64,000 nucleotides of DNA. Origin: Okamejei kenojei. Lineage: Eukaryota. The notes under the pieces were generated by a model. That model saw only the letters and a program-made list of their open reading frames with translations. It did no database searches and was not told the DNA's origin. A program made the position numbers and the translations under genes. Below, one piece after another: positions 1 to 12,073 of this stretch (within the stretch, counting starts at the first letter, position 1; every line of letters starts with the position of its first letter). The stretch is taken from positions 7,378,001-7,442,000 of the forward strand of contig CM069142.1 in NCBI GenBank assembly GCA_035221665.1. The letters are read 5' to 3'.

Positions 1-1390
1 TTTTTTCAGAGATCTTTGTCGTCGAAGTTCTCCCTATGTATCATTTAGAAATGTTTTCAGTAACTGAAAGCAGTTACTGAAGCTGTTTATGAACTTCTCA
101 GTTGTTCCATCTGTTTATCTTTGAAGTCATTTCTTAGAAGGATTTGGAGGAGTAGCTTCTATTTTGAGCTTCAGCTGATGTTCGAGCTGGGTTTGAGGAG
201 TTTTTTCCAAGTTTTTTCGGGTAGAGTCTTGTAGCGGTCTTGCGCCAGCTTTAGAGGCTTCTGGGAGGTTTCCTCTTTTCATTTAAAACTGCGGTAATCT
301 CGTTTTTTCGCGTCGATTTCTGATGATGTCACTTATCGATGTCAAACAGTAAGTGAGTATTTTTAGATCGGTCCCGTCTCTAATCGGCTTTTTTCAAGAT
401 TAGCGGAAGCAGAGCTCGATGCTGCACCTTAGTTGTTCATGGCGAGGAAAGTTTCCTATTATCACATTTTAAATTATATCCGATTTTATAAAGATTAGGA
501 TTAAAACAATGTAGGAGAGCCTAAATATTTATAAAGTAAGTGGAGTAGAATGAATTTCTCCCGAAAACTATGGACGTACCTCCCCTTTTTATCTGTATGA
601 TATTCTTTAATTTGAATGGTATACCTTTACGATAATAATAGCCGTGCTCTAGATTTAGAGTTAATGAAGAGTAGTATGTTTGCCCGATCAAATTTGTCTT
701 CAATCTTTATCGTGTTTGATGTTTCAGATGTGTACTGTGAGTGTTTTAATTGGGCAAAAAATCTTACCTTTTAATTAGTTCATTAGCGCCCCATATATTC
801 AGACAGAACGTGGATTCCTCCAGTTATCTTATGTTTATCATCTTGCATTGTAAATCATTTAACCATATAACACATACAGCACGGAGACAGGCCCTCTGGC
901 CCTTCCAGTCCGTGCCGACCATTTTAATAGATATACCTTTAAGTCATATCGAGCAAGCAGAAATTTTGGAGCATTTTTGCACCCAAATTTATATTTCGAA
1001 ATATTTGGTTGAGTATGAGTGGGTGGAATGGTGATGCTTGGGGTCATTGGTGTATCATTTATTAAATCAGAATTGAGTTGTCTTTTTATATAATCAAGTT
1101 GTATGTAAAATGTTATGTAAAAGGGGTTTTTTTAATTAAAGGAGCATGCAAAACTGCAAAAAATTTGCATTACTAAAACCTTTTTGTAGAAAAAGTTTTG
1201 TGTGTGGCTTTGATAGTCTGTTATGTTTCACCTGTGTTAGTTTGTTGCCCCAATAAAAATGTAATGCACAAAGAAAGTCACAATTATGGAATTCAATATT
1301 TTTCAGTATTGCTATCATGGGAAAGAAAGCAGTTCCAATTGTTGTATGATTCATAGGAGGAGAAAATAGTAGCTATACAACCTACCTTAA
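1..1390 (-). mobile_element. Degenerate L1 fragments (5' UTR/ORF1 start and ORF2 endonuclease region)
   Basis: Minus-strand RKGIPFKLKNII...INI resembles the endonuclease region of the 56 kb L1; AT-rich; many frameshifts. Confidence 0.6.
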
Positions 1391-4300
1391 AATTGCAATT
1401 CACTAAACATAAATCTCGCTCCCTCCCCCTTCCCCTCACTCTCTCTCCCTCCTCCATCTCCTCAGTCTCTCCCCCCATCTCCACTCGGCAAAACCCCTCC
1501 CTCTCCCTGCTCCCCCTCTCCTCCCCACGCAGTGAGTTCGACTCCATGCGAGACACCGTCAGCCCCCTCGATCGGAGAAACGGGCATCCAGCATCGAATA
1601 TTCCATACTTACTGGAGTCGAGGAGGAGTGTGAGGTGATTGTGTGGAGTGCAAATGGAGATTGGAACCCACGGGCCCACTGCGCGGGGAGACAGCGTCAC
1701 TTTGACGGCGCTACTGAGGTCACCAGCTCCCCCATCTGCGCAGGCGGGATGGTCGCTATTTATTTCCAAAACTTCAGCGGGCCGGGACCAGAAATTTCGG
1801 GTAATTTATCAAGTGAAAAAGTGTTTGGATCCAAACTTTTTTTTTTTCCTCAGGATTTTTTTTAACTGGGGAAAAAACACCTTGACGGAGGCCCCCTAGA
1901 TTTTGCGGCCTAGACTACAGCTACAAAAGCTTGAGCAAGCTATAGTGTGAAATCGCGGCGGGGTGGGTGAGTGATGTATGTTATCTGCTGTGAGATGCTT
2001 AGTTTGTCGCGCTCCAAGCCTATCCTCAAGATAGTAGTAGAGTAACAACATACCGCGAACCATCCCAGCCTCCCCGACTTCCTGCCCTGCACATTCACCG
2101 CAAACGCCGATGACAACTATGAACAGATAACGTAGTTACATGAGGCAGATAAACACATGAATAGTTCACCCCCAAAGTATTTCATATTCATTTGGTAGCA
2201 ATAGAAGAAACCTTTACACAAAATTGTAAATGATTTTTTTGGCGTAGTTTGGCCCAATCATTTATTATCATGAACATACATTCTATCATCAACAAGTTAT
2301 GGTTTGTCATTGAAAAACTAACCTGAGCAGTTTTAATTATAGTTGAAAAATGGTTCCAATCATAAAAAATAATATTTCAGTATTAGCCCAAAAATTTGAT
2401 TTTACGTAAAAAATGTTAAAAAAATGTAAAATATCTCTGGGGTCACAGTGCACAGACGACACAACTCTCCCACGTCTGTCTGTTTTTTTTTTTGTCATTT
2501 TTTTGTTATTTTTAGTGTGTTTTAAAAGTTTGTGATAATGTTCTAATGGTTTTGTTTTATGTGGGGGGGAGGGTGGTCGGGGGAAGCTTTTATTTTAAAA
2601 ATCGGTACATTCCTGGAGAGGCGATTGTTTTTCGGGGGGGGTCTATCTCCGGTTCGCTCAGCAGCTAACATCATGGATGAAGCTGGGCGACTTGATGGGA
2701 CTGACTTTGAGCCCCACTGTGGGGATGAGAATTACCATTCCTCTGAGCCTATCCTTGCTGGGATCAACGGCTCCCAATTTAACTCAAGGAGCTCACAGAC
2801 TCAAGGAAGGGACCTTAGATGTCGGAAGCTAATTACGCAGACAGAAGGATCGACACCGCGACCCTGGGTCGATTTGTATCGACAGCGGGGGAGTGAGATT
2901 CCTCGATGCAGGGAGATTGATGCGCCCCCCTGACAAGGAGGGCTCGACCGCGGCTATGGGAGCCACGATCGCCCCGTAAGAAAGGCGCAAGGCCCCAACG
3001 TGGGCGAGAAACAAAGAAGGGAAGAGAGTGAACGTTTTTTTCGCCTTCCCTGGCAGTGAGGAATGTGGTGGATGTTTATGTTTAAATGTATTTTGTGCGT
3101 TCTGTTTGCTTTTTATTTGTATGACTGTATGGCAAATGAAATTCCTTGTATGTTGCAAAACATACTTGGCTAATAAAGTATTATTGTGATTGAGATTGAT
3201 TGTGACTTTTAACTAATACCATTATGTATATAAATCCGTTTTTATGATTGAATATTTAAAAGAACATTTAAAACCTATTGGACCAAAAAAATAAGCATCC
3301 TGTTTGAAAAAAAATAAAAAATTATAAAGTTTGTTTTGTCTTATCTCTTGTTTTTTTTTTTCCACAAGAAGCAAGCAGCAACAAGCGGTGCGATTAAGAA
3401 CTTGGATTTTGCCAAGACAGTGCTCTCTTCATATTAGGTTTATGACAAGTCAATCTATTCGGATAACGAACTTTTTGTGGACTTTAGGTATTTGGATAAT
3501 TTTGGGGCTGAATCTGTATTAAAGAATTATCAGCAAGATCTTGATCTTCTTCATGCGTATGGGTTGACCAGCCTAAAGTTGTGGGGCAATTGTTTATTTT
3601 GATTTATTTGATTGTGCACGCCGGGTTGAATGATACGTTGAAAACAGGGCGGCCCACGTGAAGTTGCAATCTCCCACCCCATCTAGATGTAATATACAAT
3701 ATTATTAGGCATTTTGAAAGCAAGATGACACAACTAACTACAGATTATTTAGCAACAAAACTGAATTAAAATACTGAGAACTTTAAGTATAGGCCACAAT
3801 ATGCAAAGTGGACTTTTAAAATTCCCAAGAAATAAATGTAAACATTTTTAAATAAATAATTTCTGACAAATTCAACGCACAAAGAATTGAATTCCACCAA
3901 TTGCCCACATATCCCCTACGCTTCTAACGTGCAAAAATATAGCCAAGTTCCACCAATAATTTAAAAATGACCCTCCCACCTCAGAACACCAAAAGGCAGT
4001 GCCACAACAGTGCCAACCTCCAAGCTGTGTACAGGAAATTTCCTTTATCTTCTGACAAATCCCAAACTATAAGGGTCGGGCAATTTTTGAACTGCTTATG
4101 AAGTTATGATTTCCAATCCAAGCATTAAAAATGCCCGAGATATTCTCTCAAGCTGGAGTGCTCACTGCCCCCTCGTTAATCACATGAAACTCTTCATAAT
4201 TAGATTTACTCTCTGCAACTATTTAACAGAATATTCAGCAGCATATTGCATATAAGTCTTCCCAACACTGAGTATATCCTGAGAAGCCTGATTAACAAAC

Positions 4301-5220
4301 TGTTCAAAATTGGGCAGCAGTTGTGTACTTAATGCTGAGTTTTTCTAGCTAACTCGATCTTGCTCAAGCTCCCTTTGGAGTGCACTAATCGCTTCTTCCC
4401 TGTTCATGTTTCTCCTTTTCCATTGTTTTTATTTTTTCGTTTTTGTGCCTGGGACCGTTGTTGTAATCTGTCAAGTCTCATAAGCTGTTTAAGATGGCGC
4501 ACAGGAGATAATTACTCACTTATAACCAAGCATATTATTTTGCTTGGATATCTCATTCCATGCATACTGCGTTACGTTTCAGCAATAATTTCAGTTTCAC
4601 AGGGTAGAAAATTGCCAGTCCTTCAACTGCCTGTTCATCCTGATGGTTTTTGACAAAACTGTGGAAATCTCTGAAATATTCCAATCGCCATATCAGACAT
4701 GGCAATGGACCATCTGTAATTTTGGCCATGTGGGTTTTTTTAATCTAATTTTCTGAAACATCTTCCTTAAGTTACAACTGAGACCAGCTTTTTAATTCTT
4801 TTTGCCCAGTCATTTCTTCAATCATTCCATTATCATCTGCAGTCAAAAACAGGATACCAATGAAGAACAGTGTTGTTCCAGTAATGCCGTCTGTCTGAAC
4901 CTTAAAGCATAGGGGGGCAGATGGAACGTGTCCAGGACAAAACTTGCTCCGACAAAGAATTCAAACACATTACAGAAAACATTGCAAAAAAAATTAAAGC
5001 TGCTATGTCTCTGTTTCTGAGAAAATCTTCCTCGGAAGAATTTCTTCTTGATTTATATTTAATATGAAAAATATATTAACATTGAGATGGTATAAGTCTG
5101 GAGGGCACAAAAACTAAAATTAATCTGCAAATTACAGTGAACCACGTTTGAGTATACCGTGCGTTATGCATCTAGGGGCTTTTTATTGTATAATGAAAGA
5201 ATGAGAGATTCTTGAGTATG

Positions 5221-6085
5221 TAGAACATAGAAAACATAGAAAATAAGGCAGGAGGAGGCCATATCGGCCCGTTTTGGAGCCAGCCCCGCTATGCATATTT
5301 GATCTGGCTGATCGTCCCAATCAATAACGTTGCCTGTTTCTCCCCCATATCCTTTGATTCCCTAGCCCCAGAGTCTATTAAACTCATCTCTTAAAACATC
5401 AGAGACTTGGCCTATGCCTCTGTGGCAGGGAATTCCACAATTCACAACTCTTCTGGGAGAAAAAGATTTGTTCTGACCCTCAGTTTTAATGGCCTCCCCA
5501 TTTATTCTAAGACAGTGGCCTGGTTCTAGCTCTCACACAACATTGGGAACATTTTTCCTGCATCTAGTTGTCCGTCATTTGATAATTTTTTGTTTCTAAA
5601 AGATCTCCCTATCTTTAAACTCCAGTGAATACAAGGAGTTTATTCAATCTTTCTCATACGGCAGTTTCCGCCATCCAGGGATCAATCTCTTGAACTACCG
5701 CTTGCACTGCTCAATCACAAGGTGTCCTTCCACACATTAGGCGCGAAAACTTGTACGGAATACTCCAGATGTGGTCTTACCAGAGCCCTATACAAACTGC
5801 AGAAGTAACCTTATACTGACTCTATTGTTATGAAGGCAACATTCCAGATCTTTTTCACTGCTGCTGTATGCACGCCAAACTTCAGTGACCGCTGTTACTC
5901 CCCTTACCTAACCTAACCCATTGAGATAATTATCTGCCCCCTAGTTTTGCGCCAAAGTGGATAACCTCACAATTATCTTATTATACTGGCATCTGACAGC
6001 ATCTTGCCACTCACTCAAACTGTGAGGTTTCACTGTCAAACCCTCTAACATCCTCTTCACCGTTTTTTTTCACATGCCACCAGCT
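5221..6085 (-). mobile_element. CR1/HER1-type LINE 3' fragment (indel-rich)
   Basis: (CTATGTTT)n-type tail at 5221 and homology to cleaner CR1 copies at 16588-17040 and 51165-52160. Confidence 0.75.
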
Positions 6086-9000
6086 TTGTGCTGTTTGTTT
6101 CAGGTTTCTGTATGCAAAGGAGAACATAATCATAATCGTAGATTCAAATTGGTTTTTTACCCATTTCTAAACAATCATTGCTATTTGGTTCAGGCTCCAA
6201 CCATCCCATAATAGGAACAACTTCTACAAACTTGAAAAGAGTCACATGTGGTGAATGGATAGAAAGGTGGGAGAAAAGTGAACGGAATATTTCTGCAAAA
6301 TAACTAAAATTAAACATCCGTGCTATGCCTCATATTCTAGGCAAATATTTTCTAAATCTAAAATTAGAAAAAACATTAAATGTAGCTATTCAGCTAAATA
6401 TCAAGTTTCCCCCCAAATAAACTTTATAACAAAGAATAAAATGAAATGTATATCCAAACCAGTAATGTATTGTCCTTTTCCTGTAAACTGGATGCATATT
6501 CATTTTTTCTGTGCTTCAATTCCGCGAACAGAGCATGGATCTGTTGATTCCAAAACAGAAAAGACTTGTTGTGTGTTCCATCTGACCAAACTGACATCGA
6601 GATGTATGAATACCAAGTCTACACACATTCCTAAGATGGGCTTACCGTCATTCTGAAGCTTAAGTGAATCAACTTGCTTTATTGGAACATTTTATGCACA
6701 TTGCTTGCCCAATGAGTTATTTCAATCTGAAGTTCTTTAAATTGCCTTTCAACATTATCAAGACTTGGAAGGAAAATATTAAATGAATTAATGATTAATG
6801 TCAAAATATGCAGATGTGAATAGTTACACTGATACAATTGTTTTCAGGAATGCCTACTTTCTCACCGTAGGTTGTATATAATATATTCCACAGGTACTTT
6901 ACCCTATGTTCCTTCGCTGTTTGAAGTCTTTTGTTGCTTGGTGCCAATGTATTTATTTGCTATTTTGAAAAAAAGGAGCAGGAGATGGACAAGAGTTGGC
7001 TCGGAGAGAAATCGCCCTCAATTCCATTTTTTACAAGCATCTGTTTGCTTTCACATGAAGGAATCAACCTACTACTGTGCTGCAGAAAACCCTCCAACTA
7101 TTGCATATGTACTCCCATGGCTAACCTATGACCGTCTTCAAGGCAGCTGGAATATATGATCAATAAAGCAAAAAAAGCAAAGCTTATTTTGAGAAAGATT
7201 TTTTGAAGTAATCTTTAAGGTTCGTGTCATCAGGCTTTTTTATTTACAGGCTGTAGATTACAATTGTGATGATAAAGTGTTCAATTATCAGCCTTGGCAC
7301 GTGTCAGCTTCCAGCAGCTGAGTCTTCAGCACTCCATCACGTTCTTCATTTTTTCTCTAGATGACCTCTACATACATCCATCCCCCTCTACCACTCATCT
7401 TCTCCCCCCCCCGCCGCCTTCCTCGTAAAAGTGGGATAACAGTACACAGTACGTTCACCACAATGTATCCCTCTTGGGACCACACTTTTCAGCCACAATC
7501 TGTCTCTCTGGAACCTCCTTCCCGATGTATCTGATTCCGCTGTGATCTATCCTGGGTCCTTTCCTTGGTTGTTCCCTCACCCACCCCCCCAATCAGGCTT
7601 GAAGAAAGGGTCCTGATCTGAAAAGTCAAATGCCAATAGTCAATATGATAGGTGCAGGAGTAGGCCATTCGGCCTTCGAGCAGCACCGCATTCAATGCTG
7701 ATCATAGCTTTGAATGGCAATGCTGGCTCGAAGGGTGAATGGCTTATTTCCTGCACCCAATGTTATTGGGACGTCCCTTTCCATGTTTCCAGAATGCTGC
7801 TGTCGCTGAGTTATCCAAGCAACTTTGTGTGACCCAATGTGTTTCTGTTGTTTTCCTTCCAGCAGAGGTTGTTGCCTTGTTGTTTGTTTCCTCCCTCTAC
7901 AAGAACATAAAGGGATCCTCATGACATCGTTTTCAAAGGTAGGAGATGTTTTGTCCCCAGTGGCCTGGCCAATCTAAACTACTAAATATCACATTCCCTC
8001 CTAAACAATGTTGTGGTCCTTTGAGTTCCTGCAAGTAGAACAGTTCAAGGATACGCGATCGAATGGCCTTTAAAATGCTGTGGGAAATGGTCAGATTATG
8101 AGGAGGCAGTGAGAGGGGAGAGAACTTTATTCACCGAAACATCCTCCTCAACTGTTAGACTTCGCAGGTCAAGTTCACTTCTTTCTGTTCATAAGTGGAA
8201 AGGGATGAATTAGGCCATTCGGCCAATCAGTTACTCTGCCATTCAATTCATGGTGATTATCTCTGCCTCCAAAACTATTTCTGCCCTTTCCCATAAACCC
8301 CTGACGCCCGTACTCTCACAAGAATCTATCTCTATCTTGCCTTTAAAAATATTTAATTGACGGTCCACAAACTTTGTGGCAAAGGAATTCCACCCTGACT
8401 AAAGAAATTCCTTCTTAATCTCTTTCCTAAAGGAGAGTCCTGTAATTCTGATGTATGACCACTGATCCTAGAATTCCCACTAGTGGAAAAATTCCTTACA
8501 TCCACTCTATCCAGGCCTTTCAATGTTCAGCGAGGTGATATGTGGTCTCTCCTAAGCTCAGCAAGTACAGGCCCAGCGCCATCAAAGCTCACTCATTCTG
8601 CGAAAATTCTCGTAAACCTCTCTGGGACCCATACCAGCATCCTTCCTCAGATATGGGGCCCAAAATTGCTCACAATACTCCATATGCGATTGGACCAGTG
8701 TTATAAGCCTCGGCATTACTTACCTGTTGTTCAGTCAATGTGTGAAAGCCACTTGGAAGGTACTGGATAGGAAATGGTTTAGAGGGATGTGGGCCTGAAA
8801 TTGTTATGCGAGGGGACAGCTCAGGAAAGGCCACATGGTCGGAATGGAGAGTGGCACCAGAATGGCCTGTGTCGTGCTCATGGTCTATGCAGTGGCACGA
8901 GTTCCATTCATACCATGGAATCAGAGAACGTGCGGTGTTGCATTTACATCCCACAGTTAATGCCTGCGAGTCTGTCCAGGAATTGCCCCTGGATTCAGCC

Positions 9001-11433
9001 CCCTTGCCCTGGTTTTGGGGCTCTGTTCATTGTGGGGACACACACAGGTTGAGGTATACGGGAAATTCTCCACTCACTCTCCCTGTGAGTTGTCTGCCTT
9101 GGCGTGGGCTATTCAATGAGGTTCTGGCGCCACTCCTGGTGTTTCCAGGTTGGGTGGGAGATAGGACATCAGGGACGTGGCTGTTCCTCTCACACACGCA
9201 GAGGGTTGGTGTGTCTACAACTCCTACCACTGCTGAGGGACTGAGAATGTGTGAGGAGTGTCTGTATGATATTTGTTTAGTATATATGTTTTATTCTGAA
9301 TGAAGTTTATTTATAAAATATATTTAAAATTGCTGTAGCATTTGGTGTTTCAGATGGTTGGCTGCTGGTTCATGAGTTCAAAGTGATCGAAGGGTCAGTG
9401 TGAAGAGACCCGATGTGAAACGTCACCTCTCTGTGTTCTCGAGCTGCTGCCTGACCTGTTGAGTTAGTCTTGCACCTTTGTGTACAAAAGGTACAAAGGT
9501 ATTTATTGGTCACGTACACCAATTGGTGTAGTGAAATGCTTCCTGCCAATGCAACACATAAAAAATAATAGACAACAATAATAGAGAGATTTTAAACACA
9601 AAAAAACATCCCCCCACAATGGTTCCCACTAGGAGGGAAGGCTTAAAGTCCATAATTCCCATCCCAGTCCTTTATTTTTTTCCCATAGTCGGGCCTATTG
9701 AGGCCTCGCAGTGGTCAGTCGGCTTCACCGAGGCCCGATGTTCCAGGTTACCCGTTCTCGACGGGTTGAAGGTGCCCCCGGCGTCGGGGAGAATCCTCTC
9801 AGCCACTAAACGGCTTGGGACACCTGGAAAGGCACACTTCCTTACCGGAGACCGCGGGCTTCCGAAGCCAACACGGGGCCGCGCTGTGGATGGAGCTCCC
9901 CACTGGCTCCCGGTGTTGAATTCAGCGCCGCGCCGCTGGCGGCCGGTCCACAGACCGCGATGCACGATGTTTTTTTCGTCGGCGGTCTCAGCACTCACCG
10001 GAGCTCCCGGGCAGGCATGCCCGCTCTCGCCCCGCTGATGGGCTCCAGCGCTGCGCCGCTGCCGAAGCCGAGGTTCTAAGCGTTTCTCCTCAAGAAAACG
10101 CCGCTCCAGGCCGCTGGTAGGCAGCGAGGACGGGTCGAAGTTGCAGCCTGAGAAAAGCTGCCTCTCCGACCAGGTAACGTAGTTTCCTCTTCCCCCCCCC
10201 CCACATTAAAAAAAGAATACACTCCAAACAAAATACTTTAACTCACTAAAAATAAAAAAAGAGTGAAACACAGACAGCTGCAGGCTGGGCGGCCATACCA
10301 TACAGGACGGCGCCCCCTATTTTCTGTCTTTTTTGTAATCCAGCATCTGCAGTTCCTTGTTTTCCTATCTGTTCACACACGTGACCAGAGCCAATAATGC
10401 TGTCATCAGCATGGCCCCTTTATGAATTATACAGCGGTAGTTAGCTGCCGTTTTGTCCATGCACTGCTAGTGACCTGGGCTAATGCAGAGTGTATAAGTA
10501 TATCTTCATCTGCCACACACTTTGAGTATGGATTCATCATGTAATCCGGCATCAATTTGAAGGCCTACATTTAAAAAATATATTTTTTTATTTATATTTT
10601 AGGATCATCTCCATGTCACCAAATAGTCAGCAAGTATGAACACCAATTGGACACACGCCATTTAACTGATAAAAGTGCCAACCAAGGTTAATATTGCGTC
10701 TAGTAAATCATTCTCACGATGGCTCCAGCTCTCGCACCTTCAGAGTTATTGCATCGTGTAGGAAGGAGCTGCAGATGCTGATTTACACTGAAGACAGACA
10801 CAAAATGCTGGAGTAATTGTATGGGCCAGCTGCAGCGTTAGAGTTGTACATGTAAATATTCACGGCATGGAGCATGGACACACACTAAACTGCCAGTGCA
10901 TGATCCACACACCGAGAGCTACATACCATTTATACCCGATGATCTAAGTGCCCACTTGAGACTGTTAGGTTGTACAGTGTGACACTATAATGTGTTGGGT
11001 TGTAATTTAAATCCAGGTCATCGTGCCTAGAATCGTTAACTACTACACTGGTGATAAATTACACAAAGTTTACCAGACGCCTATGCTTTCAAGTGGAGCA
11101 TCATGTCAATGGATCCAGCAAGAAACATATTTAAAACCATTTGTTTTATTTGTTATAGTTCTCACAGGATGGCCTGTCTCATGTTGCCTGTCATCGTGAG
11201 TCACTAGGACGGCAGCTTGCAGAGGTAGATCAAAGCAAGGCAGAGAAGACCGCGGCAACATGAGTTTGGAACTGAATTTGAGCTCTCTCCGTTGTCGGGA
11301 ATCTAGGATTAAAAATGCGGTATATAAATCTACTATGTGTGGCAAAACGAACAGATACAAATGGTTCATTATTGCAGATGTTTATTTTAAATGGTTAGAA
11401 CTTTAACAGATAATATAACTTGCAATTTCCTTT

Positions 11434-12073
11434 TGTGAGGGATAAAGTGATTAAACCCCATTAAAGTAAGGAGTTTTAAAGAGAATCCGAACTGAGAGGG
11501 GCTGGAGAGAGGATTCTGACACAGCTGTGTCTGAAGGTTGCCAGACCCATCCTTGAGTCCTTGAGTAAGAAGTAATAGCATTGTATAGCAGTAGAAGGGA
11601 GTGATGTAGAGAGATCCATATCAGTGGAAGGGAGTGATAGATGGGACCCTTGTCACTATAGCTTAGCTTTAGTACTGATATAGGAGAACTGAGAGGGTTC
11701 ACTAGGAGGTGAGTAAAACTAGGGTAGGTCATGAGCAACTGAGCATTTGCTTAATAGAATAAATGAATATTACAACACCCTGGTCAAGGAAAAGTCATTA
11801 CCATGAACATGCGATGTATGATATGGGAGGTGCGAGGGGATGTACGGTGGGATGTACCTACAGATTGTGCACCTCAGACCCTGATTGGTGAAGGGTCCAG
11901 AGGGGAGGTTGAATGTAAAATTCTGTGTATAAAGGGGGATGACTTATTTGGCTTCGGTGTGTCTCGATTTGGAGAGGCACCCGGGTCTGCTGCAGAGTCG
12001 AGAGGAATAAAGTACTCTTGCTTCCAAGATTTAGTCTTTGAGCATTAATTGTGAGCACAAAGCGTATCTCACA
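11434..12073 (+). mobile_element. Solo LTR (ERV/Gypsy type)
   Basis: TGTGAG...CTCACA termini; 4-bp TSD CTTT; ATTGG at 11884, TATAAA at 11928, AATAAA at 12006. Confidence 0.8.

Noticed and set aside
1293-1960. ORFs of 76-158 aa in a GC-rich patch
   Set aside because: Low-complexity C/T tract and transposon-end-like sequence; no recognisable protein motif.
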